Shown here piece after piece: positions 18,343-30,300 of a DNA stretch of 64,000 bases; within the stretch, counting starts at the first letter, position 1, and each line of letters opens with the position of its first letter. The position numbers and the translations under genes are program-made. The notes under the pieces were generated by a model, which saw nothing but the letters and a program-made list of their open reading frames with translations, did no database searches and was not told where the DNA came from. The stretch is from a virus. The stretch is from IMG/VR virus record IMGVR_UViG_3300030110_004304, positions 27,346 to 91,345 of that record; one strand, given 5' to 3'.

Positions 18343-21300
18343 ATGTCGGAAGAATTAGAAAATGAAATACCAGAAAACGACTTAGATGCAGTAAGTGGTT
18401 TACCAAAAGATTTTGTAGAGAGAAGCGTTATAGGAGGAAAAATGTCTCAGTATCTTACTCAAAGCGAGGCAGCTATGTCTGGACATATTCAAGGTAAACA
18501 AGGAGCTTCAGGATTTAAGGGAAATATGGGACCATTTGTAAATCAAGATTATGATTTAAATGAGATGGTAGAAGGGGGAGAATATGAAGATGAAAAACGT
18601 TTTGATCCTTTAGGACATCTTGAAACTAAAAATAATCCATATGGTCTAGATGCTAATATTCCGAACGGTGTAGACTTTTATGCAAAATTATCAGAGTTAA
18701 ACCTAAAACAAGGAACCCTGGACTACGAAGATGAGTTAGAAGAAAATCAAGGATTCTTTGAGGAACTGACTAATACGGGAATAAAGTTTTGGGGTAAAGT
18801 CGCTAACTATACTGCATTAGGTATAGCAGGTTTTGTTTGGGGAGCAGGAAAAGCTATCGTTAATTGGGATATCGATTCTCTTATGGACAACGAAGTTTTT
18901 AGAGGAATGGACGAAGTTGATGAATGGCTTAATAAAAGATTTGTCGTACATGGAGGAGCAGACTATAGATTAGCCCAGGAAAGAGGTGCGGGTATTGGAG
19001 AAAGGTTTTTATTAGATCCTACAAAAGTACTGGCAGATGATATATCAAACGCAGGATCTTTCGTAGCGAGTGCTATCGTAACTGAAGTATTATTAGGAGC
19101 AGCTACTGTAGCTACTGTTGGTGGAGCTGGACCAGCTTTAGCTGCCAACACTGCTAGACTAGGAGTACAAGGAGCTAGACTATTTAGTACAGGTGTTAGA
19201 GTATTAAGAGGTATAGATAAAATGGCTGACATGGGGGCTGCTTTAAGAAACGCTACACGGTTTAAAAATATGGCTGGTACTGGAAGAGCTATATTAACTG
19301 GAGCCGGTTTTGAGTCAGCTATGATAGGTAGAGAGACTAAAGATAGAGTTATAGAAAACCTAGCAGCTGATTATGAAGAATACTATGGAAGACCGCCTTC
19401 AGAAGCTACATTAGCAGAATATGAAGAACTTGGTAACAGTGCAATGCGTCAGGCTTATGCATTGAACCTACCACTAGTAGCAGGTAGTAATATGTTACAG
19501 TTCCCTAGACTATTTTTAAAAGGATATAGTGGAGGAAGAAAATTAGTAAACGGACTTAGATTTAAAGGAGGAAAGTGGGCTGCTAAATATGATGAATTTA
19601 GTAAAATAAGAAAAGCAGGACTTTGGACAAGAAAAAGTTTAGGAAGAGGTGTTACTGAAGCCTGGGAAGAATATGCTCAAGGAGCTATGGAAGAAGGACT
19701 AGTAGATTACTTTAGTGCTAACTATTCTGCAGACGCCGCAAAAAATGGTGTAGGTTGGTTAGATGCAATGTCTACAGCTGGTTCAAAATATTTAGGAACT
19801 ACAGAAGGACAAGATAGTGCTACTATTGGATTTTTAATGGGTATGGTAGGAATGCCAATGCCTTTTAAAATGAATCAAAAAACAGGAAAAATAGAAAAAG
19901 GTTTTGGCTGGTTCGGGGGAGTTGCTGAAGAATTAAGTAATCAAAAGCGTAGAATTAAATCTTTAAGAAATGCTGCAGACATGCTAAATCAAACAGATGC
20001 AGGACAAGCACTAGCAGCTAACTATCAGAACTTTATAAGAAACATGGCCATAGAGCAAGATAAAGATAATGCTCTAATGAATGAGGACCCTTTTAGTTTT
20101 AAAAACAGTGAGCACGATCAGCTTCATAGTTATGCTATGACTAGACATAACATGGGACTTTCTGATACTATGTGGCAAGAACTTGATGGATTAGAAAAAA
20201 TGTCCACAGAAGATTTTAATAAGGCTTATCAATTAAAAGGAGTTGATGAGTGGACCGATGCTACTAAAAAAGAAGTTCTAGATAAAACTAGAGCTAAACT
20301 AAAAAGAGTGGTAAAAGTAGCAGAAGATGTTGATACTCACTTTAATAACAAAGTAATAAGCAATGTTCCTGTTGGTGAAGAGGCAAGTTATGCTGCAGTA
20401 AAAGAACAGCTAACATATTTAGCATCTACTATTGACAACGTTGATGCTAGAGAAAAAGAATTAGAGGATAAGATAAGCAACCTCACAGGGGGCAATGTAA
20501 ACTCTAATAGCATAAAAGCAAGTAAAACAGTATCTGGAATAAATGAGAAAACAGGTCAAGCAGAGTTTGGAACATTAAGAGATCCTAAAGGTAGGTTTAA
20601 AAGCCAAGACGCCGCTTTCAAGAATCAGATGGAAGAATGGAAAGAAAATGATCCAGGAGGCTATGCTTTAAACAAAGACGAAGTAACGGATTTATATAAC
20701 GACACTAAGAAACTAAGCAACAGAAGAAGAGAAGCTGGGGGGCTTTATGAGTTTCTATTTACTAAAGAAGGAAGTGAATCATTTAAAAAAGTACACGAAA
20801 AACTTCAAAAAGATTTTGCTAAAAAAGTAGCAGATGCTGTAAAAGAAAAAGTTAGAAATAAGGCCAAAGGAACAAAAAACCAAACGCAATCTAATAGAAA
20901 TAAAAGAGACGCCGAGTCTACTAATACAGATGATATCTGGGGAGAAGAAGCAGATCAGCAAGCAGCGGCGGCTAATGATAATGTAATTAGTAAGAAAAAA
21001 GGACCTTTAGCAGACTTAGCTAGTGACGAAGAAATGGAACCTGGTATTCCTCAAGAAGTAAAAGGAATTGATATATTAGAAGATATAGCAGAAAATAGAT
21101 CTAATACATTCTTAAATAAAATACTAGATGAAGCAGAAAAACGAGGGTACAATACATCCGGTATAAACTCAATACAAGATATTCTGAACATAACAGCTTT
21201 CCAAGATCCTGAACTATTTGCTGAGCTACAAAGAATAGCTTTAGAAATGGCCCAAACAGCTAGTAAGAATAGAACAAGCGAACGTGAGCAAGCTTCAAAA

Positions 21301-24300
21301 GCAGAGGCTAATAATATAATAGGTAAGGACCCAGAAGAAAACACAACAGTCCCTCCAGGTGATATTATAAAAGAACAAGAAGATGCTTCAACTGAAGATG
21401 AGTTTATACTAATGCTAGACCAAACAGGAGACATTTATACTAAAGGAGAAAATGTTACAGAAGAAAGTATTATTCTAATAACTCATGATAAATCTTTTGA
21501 TGATGATGGAAATGTTATAACATACAAAGGAAGACCTCTCGAAAGCCGTAAGAAAGGCGATCAGCCTGAGTTACTTAATTCTCAATTAAATAATCCTAAT
21601 TTCTTATCAGATTCTCAAATAGAAAAAGAAGGAGGATCTGTTGAGGTTACTATAGTATTATTAAATAACAATCATAATTCAAAACCAGGTAATCAAAATG
21701 GAGAAGGAGCTGCTTTCGGAATTTATTACGATGGTATATATTTAGGAATGTTACCGGAGTATCAAAAAGGAATGCCAGGACAGTTTTTAGAATTAAGGAA
21801 AAAGGCGTTTGAAGCAGGAGCAAACGGTAATACTATTACTCATTCTCTTATACAAAAAATAAACACTCGAGTTAATACTCAAAGAAACAATACTGGAAAG
21901 CCTGTTCGTAATAATCCTCTTAGTATTATAAAACAAGCAATAGCAGAAGGAGCTAGTTTTATAACTAAAAAAGGAGGAAAGATTCCTTTAAAGTTATGGT
22001 TAGTATCTAGTGTAAGAGATAAGCACGGTACTCCTGTATTAAAAACTAACGGTCTTAGTAAAACAGTAGTAGACAATATAGCAGGAGATGGAACCAAACT
22101 ACAGGAAGGACATATTTATATGCTAGTACCTCATCCTAAAGGACTGTTTCCTGTAAGATTATTTTCTCAACCTTTTAGCAATGTTTCTGACAAAGCTAAA
22201 TCAGATGTAAAAAATTTATTAGATACTTTACAAGAGCAATCTGGTAAAGATGAGGATAAATATAAAGAAGCTAAGGAAAGGTTAGCAAACGTATTCCACA
22301 ATGTAAACTTTGATTTTTACGATGGTAGGTATATAATAACTAGTGAAAATCCAGCTATAGTAGAAATGTGGGGAGGAAAGGTTTTACCACAGTCTGAAAC
22401 ATCTAACTCTGAATATATTGTAATGGCTATGGGGAACTTAGTTCCTAAAGTTGCTTTTAATAATATGAATAATAAGGGCACACAAGGTTATTATGTTAAT
22501 AATGGGTTTATAACAACTGATGTATTTAGTGAGGATGGAAACTTCTTCCACTCTTCTGGATTTACATTAGATAGTTACTCGAGTCCTGAAAGTAAAACCG
22601 CTGCTAATAATATAAACGAACAAGAAGATACTAGTAAAGCAGATAGTCTTGAGAATCAAACTACAAAAAATAAAGCAGTAAATGATTCTCCTGCTCCACT
22701 TACTACTGTTTTATCAGAGTTGCAAGTAGCTAGATGGGAAGCAGAGGGTGAGATAGGACCTAACACTTTACAAAAAGTTATTGATAAGTTTAATAATCAA
22801 GAAGAAGAATTAACTACTACTGAACAAGAAATAATAGATCAACATTATTCTAACATAGCAAAAGAAGTAGCAGATGCTGCCGTAGAAGATGCAGCTCCTG
22901 AAGGTTGGAGATTGGTAGTTCCTGGAGAAGTCCTCCCTATGGGTAGTGAAGTTAGAATGGATGTAACAACTGGGCAACAGTTAGTTAAAATAGAAACTCC
23001 CTCACCAGAAAAGCCAATAGATACTGATGGAATAAGTGGTATACTACCAGGTTTAGATCCTGAAAACTCAGATGATAGTGACTTAAGAACTAGAATGACT
23101 GACAAGACAGATGGTACAACATTTAGTGAGTCAGAAGAAGTTCAATGGTTAGAAGACAAATTAGGAAAAGAAGTAGTAGGTAAAACAAAGATGTTTAATT
23201 CTCTAGAAGATTTAAAAAGCTATTTACCTAAGCAAGTTTATCAGATGCTTCTTAATGCTAGAAAAAACGGCAAGAATCTACACGGACTTTTCTCTAATGC
23301 TGCTTTATACCTAAACTCAAATGCTTTTGAAGGGACCGCATATCACGAAGCTTTCCATATAGTATTTCACCTAACTCTTTCTCCTAAGCAAAGAGCAGCT
23401 ATCTTAAAAGAAGCTCGTACAAAATATAAATCAGAGCTAGCAGAGAATGCTTCCGAAATAGAAGTAGAAGAGTTACTGGCTGATAAATTTATGGAGTATG
23501 TTCAATCAGAAGAAGGTACTAGAAAAACATTATCAGGAAAGATAAAGAACTGGTTTAGAAGTACTTACAGAATGATTAAGACTTTCTTCAATGGTAATAA
23601 TAACATATCTATAGATGAGGTTTTTGAAAATATTCAATTAGGAGTTTATAAAAACAAGCCTAAGTTCCAAAGCACAAACTTAACAGAATTAACCAATCCT
23701 GTATTCCGTACCGCACTGCGAGAAGAGTCATACGAGAATGTTGCTGAAGAATCTCAAGCCCTAGAATATTTAAGAAGCAGATATTTTGGAATACTAGATG
23801 TACTTAGAAAACAAGATGCATTAAAAGATTTTAAAGATGCTACTGACTCTGAGTTAATTAATAAAGTAGGAGTTCAGTATATGGATGACCTAGTACTCAC
23901 TCAGTTATTAGGAGACATTAACAACCTCAATGCTGCTTTAAATAAAAATCTTACTGAAAATAGAAGAATAAAAACTGAGAAAGTATTATCATTACTAAAC
24001 AACTTAAAAAGAATTGTAACTAATAACAATGTTGGAATTAGTGCTGCGGAAGATGGGGGCATGTTTAAGCTTAAAATAGGATTCAACGAGAAGAAGCCTG
24101 ATTTTATGAATAAGTTCCACAGGTTATTAAAAGGAGATGGATTAAATATTAAGACCAAAAAAGCTACCGGTACTATAGAGACTTATGATACTGATCAGTT
24201 AACAAACGAAGCAGAAGAAAGCACTCAAGAAGAAAACTGGCAAAGAAGTAATATAGAGATTAATCCTAAAGATACTTTAAGTGATCAACTTAAAAGATTC

Positions 24301-27300
24301 TTTAATTCTGTTCCTAAATATACTAGAACTAAACAAGGATATGTTCCTGCCACAAATGCTTTTGGAGTTCCATTAAGAGAAAGCTCTGCTAGAATCTTTT
24401 CTTATTTGGGAGAAAAAATAACTAACTCTACAGAAGGAGTAGACCAAATGATGGAGAAATTAAATTCTCTAAAAAATGATAAGCCTTTTGTAAAGCATAT
24501 TATAGAAAAACTTTCAGACCCTGCAAATGAGTCTGTAAAATCTGATTTGTATGTTAACCTAGCATCAAAACAATTTATAAAGTTCTTATCAGTATTAGAA
24601 TCTAATGATGAATATAGAGTATTCTTCTCTAATAGAAAGAGTGCTGAGAATCTGATAACAGAAGAATTAGTTGCTAACTTCTTAAATGAGAGAAATAAAT
24701 TATTTACAAAACAACCAGGAGGAGGTAGAAACTTTGAGAATATTGATATAGCAGAAGCTAGAAAATTTAAAGAATTAATTGGAAAGACTATAAAGTATTT
24801 ACAAAGCGTTAAGCCTAGTAATGAGTCAGAAAAGTTAAACGACAAATTTTTTAATGGATTCGCTAAAGCATTATCGGGAACAGGTGCTCAAAATAATTTA
24901 GGATTTAGTTTAACAGCAGATCAGATAAAGGATAATCTTTATAAAGAAATAGACGGAGCAAGTGCAGTAGGTGTATTAAGAAGTTTTGTTAATACTCTTG
25001 ATAAATTAGCTACACAGTTAGAACAAGGTAAAAATCCTTTCTTATTTCTCAAAGCTACTGACCAAGTTGATAAGTCTAAAGTAGGTAGTAGAAATATTGT
25101 AGAAGAATTAGCTAAACACTACTCTAAAATATTCCAAGGAGAAGTACAGTCTGCTTTCAGAAATGTAGAAAATAAAACTGTTTATAATATTCAACTAGCT
25201 AACTTTTTAAGTCAGGCCATAAGTAAGTTTAAAAACAAAAAACAAAGACAAGACTTTTTAAGACTTATTGCTAACGATCCTTTATTAAGTAACTCTCCTT
25301 TCTTAAATGATTTAGCTCAAAATGAAAAACTACAAGAAGAGCTGGATGTTGTTTTATTAGATGGTTTTAAAAGACAAGGTAAAAGCAGAGGAGTAAAGTA
25401 TACAAAGCTTTCTAACTTAGAATTAGAAGCAACCTCAATGGGAGCATTCTTAAACCAAAGTAAAAATTCTTCTTATGGTTACTATAGATTACCTATACCA
25501 GCAGATTCTCCTACTATACCATTTATAAAAATGGGAAAATATACTAACGAAGAGATATTAGATAAACTAGTAGAAGTTGCAAGAGGAGAGTTTAATAGAA
25601 CTAAGAGAGTAATGAATTTGCCTGAAAATGCAGAAATAAAAAAGATTAAAAATTTCTCTAAAAACTTTGGTAAGTTTAATCTTCTTCCTTTTTTAAATGG
25701 AAAAGTAAATTACTCAGAAAAATTTAATGAGAAGCAAGTAAGAAGCACTTTAGAAAAATGGTTAAATGATGAAACCTCCAAAGGATTTTTTGGTTCTCAG
25801 CTAGAGGCTTATACAGAAAAAGGTATTATCAAAAACATAGAAGGAAATAAAATAACATTTGCAGAAAAAGTATTAGATAAAAGAATTAGGCAAGAAGGTA
25901 AAGGATTCTTTAAGAACTATTTATTTAATTCTTTATATGCTAATACTCAACTAACTACTTTATTCTCAGGAGATCCTGCTTTTTATAGTGGTACCGTAGA
26001 TTATCAGAAAAGAAATAAACAAATTCTAAGTCCTAAACTTTATTTAGATACTAGTAAAACAAGGCCTAATTATTATTTGTCAGTAATAGCTGATAATGAA
26101 AGACCTTCTGAACAAGAACTAGTAGATACTTTAACAGAATTGATAGAAAGTTCTGATCTTCCAGCAGACAAACAAACAGAGTTAATTGCTACGTGGACTT
26201 CTGCTGAACACAACGAAACAGATGCTCAAACATATATCCATCCTAGAAGATATAAAGAAATCATGGAAGGATTAAATAGATGGAGTGATAAGCTCGAAGC
26301 AAGTTATCAAAGAGTGCTTCAAGGTAAAGAAACAATAGAAGATATTGCGGTTTTCCCTCCTATAAAACCATTCATGTATACACAAAACAGAATAAACGGT
26401 TTTGTAGTACCAGTACAAATAAAGAACTCAGAAATAATGTTAACTCCTTCTATGGCGTTAGCTAAAGAGGGTAAAGAATTAAAGTATCCTAAACTTGCTG
26501 AGGTTTATCAAGCAATGGAAAAAGAAAGAACTATGGAAGACGGTACCGTTTACCAAATAGATTCTATTGCATTTGAGTCCGCTGTTAAGGTAGGTGGGGA
26601 TGCCATAGCCCCTACTATGGAAGATATAGATGGAGCTAGAGTACTTACTTTAAAGAACTCTGATTTTGGACTACAACAAGAAACGCCTCCTCACTATCTA
26701 GATGACGTTACTAACTACGGTACTCAATTGAGGAACTTAATTTTAGCAGATATTAATCTTGAAGGAGATTATGTTTTAGATGGTCAGAAATTAAAAGGAA
26801 AAGATATAGCTAGACTGTATCAAGAAACTATTGCAGAAGATCTAAAGGCATCCTTCGATAAGTACAAAAAACTATTTGAAACAAAAGATGGTAAAGTAAA
26901 TTACGAAGCATTAATCGATACTCTTCAAAATGAGGTAGATAGGAGAGACTTAGGAGATAACGCAAGAGCAGCTATAGCAGCTATTAAAGTTAACCAAGGT
27001 ATTAATAAAGGTGAAGTAAGACCTGCTCTCCCTTTCTATCATCCTGCCCATTCTATAATGATACAGAATATCTTAAACGGCCTGTTTAAGAAAAATGTAA
27101 CGAGACAAAAGGTAGAAGGGGGAGCACTTATTAACACCTCTTCTTACGGTGTTTCTGATACTTTAAAATGGCATAAGAATAAAAAAGGTGAGTTAGAGTT
27201 TCAAGTACTATTACCGTGGTGGTCTAAGAAATATTTCCCTAAAAATGAAAAAGGAGAAGTAGACATTACTAAGCTTCCAGACGAGCTTAAAGAATTAGTA

Positions 27301-30300
27301 GGATATCGTATTCCTACTGAGGATAAGTATTCTATGTTCAAAATGAAAGTAGTTGGATTCACTCCTGCTACTATGGGAGGTACTCTAATAATGCCAAGAG
27401 AGGTAACTACTATTGCAGGTCTGGATTTTGATATTGATAAAATTTATGTAATGACTCCGGCTTTTAATGTAAGTAAAGACGGTAAGCTAAGTAAAGTAAA
27501 ACCTTTAACTAATAATACTAGCCCGGAAGTAGCAGCTAGCAAAATCTTTAATGATATAGATACTCTAGAAAAATTTGTTAATGAGAACATAGATAAAGAA
27601 TACGCTGATAACATAATGAATTTTAGAAGAGAGGCTAATGAAGCTGTTGTAGAAAATAAGGAGCTAAAAAAAGAATTATTTGAAAGTGAAGAGCACAAAA
27701 ACATTTATAATGAAATACAACTTATTAAGTTACAGATAAAAAATGCAAAAACTGATGAAGAGACTAATGAAGAGATACCGTTTTTAGTTAGTAAAAAAGA
27801 TAGTTTATATGAACAATTAAAAGACTCTTTTGCTCCTTATAATGCAGCAATAGAAGAAATTTATAACAATAAAACTACAATAAAAGATTATTTAGAAAAA
27901 GTAATAAGAGATGGAGATATTGATCTTACAAAATATAATGGTAAGAGAGAAAGAGATAATCTTAAACTAGATATAGTAAGCAGTATCTTAGGGAATAAGC
28001 ACACTGCGAAGAGTTTAGTTTCTCCAGGTAACTTTCAAAACTTATTAGATTTAGCAAATAAAATAAGATTATTACAAGCTGGTAAAGAAAAAGAAGCATT
28101 AAGTTTAAAAGGTAAAAAGCTAAAAGAAGCTGCTGATGCTTTAGACGATATTAATATGTTTAACATAGTATATCCTTCTACTCAACTAGAATTGTTTGAA
28201 AGAAATATGGCAGGTAAAGAATTAACAGGAATCTTTGCTAATCAAAATACTCACGCTGCTAAAGCTCAGTATACACAAATGGAATTGAAACTTCCTATAC
28301 TAGTTGATGGACAAGAGTATATGTATTTAAATAAATCTATAATAGGAGATACTAGGATTTCTGAAAAACTAGCATCTTACTTAGCAGCTGTTGTGGATAA
28401 TACAAAAGAACCGATGTCTGCTTTTATAAACTTAAATACTTTCACTGCAGATACTGTAGCATTATTAACAAGATTAGGTGTAGAAGAAGATACTGTGGCT
28501 TATTTAATGAATCAGCCAGTAATAAAAGAGCTCACTAAATTATGGTTCCAAGAAAAGGGGAATTTATCTGAAGAAAATGTATTTGGAGAAATCTTAGAAT
28601 TATGGAAGGATAAAATGCTTAGTAAATCAGGAGCACTATCTTTAGAAGAAATAGATAATCTATTTGAATCAGGAGGAGTGGAACTTAATAAAAATAAACT
28701 AAGAGATAACTTACTTCCTGGAAATCAAGGAACTGCCGAATTTTATAAACAACAGTATATAGCTTTATTAAGTTTTGAAAGCTTAAGTAAAACAGCTAAA
28801 GAACTTTCTGAGTCTATACAAGCTTCCAGAGTAGATACTAAAGGATTAGGAGCAACAATGGCTGAAGGCTATGTGTTCTTAGATCAACAAAGAAGATTAA
28901 TACAAAAAGAGGAGAACAACGAAAACTTAATTTTTGGTATAACAGAAACATTCACTGGCTCCGAAGATCAAATTATGATGCCTGCTTTTAACGAAAACGG
29001 TATTATAAAACCATTATCTTTAATGGATACTTTATTTCCATACAACGGTAAACAAGGTACAGAAGGAGAGTTTCTTTATAATCTTTTAGGCTCAGTAAAA
29101 AATTGGTTTTCTAATCAAAAAGGAAAAACTTTAGGATTAACAGAAAGAGAAGTTAGGCTTATAGAGGCCCAATACATGGGATACATTTCTTCTAATTTTC
29201 CATTCTTTAGTCATACTGAGAATGAGCAAATAATAAAAGAAACTCCTAGAAAACTGATAGACTTTAAGCATAAAAATCCTAATTCTCAATTTGCTCCTTT
29301 ATTAGATTCATTATATGTAAAAGCTCCTGATAAGCAATTTCCTTTAGAAAGAATAGAATATTATAAGTCAGGAAAAACTCCTATCCAATCAGAACAGATG
29401 ATTAAGAGTTGGGAGATAATGATGACTCGAGGAACTAAAGAAGAACAGGACCTAGCTTTTGACTTAGTAAAATATGCATACCATTCTACCGGTTTCGAGT
29501 ATACTCCTTATAGTTTTGTACAACAAATTCCAACTGCTTTCTGGACAGATGACTTTGGAAGAGATAGAGCAGACAGAGGATTAGTTGATGCAAAAGGTAG
29601 AACATATAATGAGTTTTTATCAGTAGCTGATGACTATATAAGAAACACTCCACTATATATAAATCCACAAAGTATAACTGAAAAGTTTTCTGAAAAAGGA
29701 GGAGGACAAGTTGCTAATAACTTTATCCACCAATTTTTAAGAAACAACTTTGATAGGGATGGTTTTGTAAAAAGTGTTACAGCTAGATCTAGAGGTGCTG
29801 CATATATTAAAGGAAAAGGTAATAAGCCTGGATTTATTTCAATTACAGCAAGTAGATTTAGTCCTTTTGCATCTTTTGGAGACGGTATGGTTACTTATGT
29901 AAAAAGATACAATAAGAATTTAAAGAAGAATGAGTTATTTAGATTCAGTCAAGTTATAGAAGGAACTGCTATATATAATAAAGTAGAGCCTTTAGGAACT
30001 ACCAATTTCTTAAAAGTATTTAATGCTAATGGAGCTATAGAGGGAGATTGGTTAGAAAGAACTAAGAAACCAAAAACAGGGAAAGTATTATATCCTGGCT
30101 TCGCTAGAGAAAAAGCTAGTTTTAAAGCTAACATAGGAACATTACAAGACCAGGTAGACAATACTACAACTGTTAAACCTTTAGTTAATCAACAGAATAA
30201 AGAAGACGTAAGTGGAGGAGCTCTACAGAAACTATCAGATAGAAATGATTTAAATCAAGTATCTATGGAAGATAGAATTAATGACATGGCTGAAACTGCA

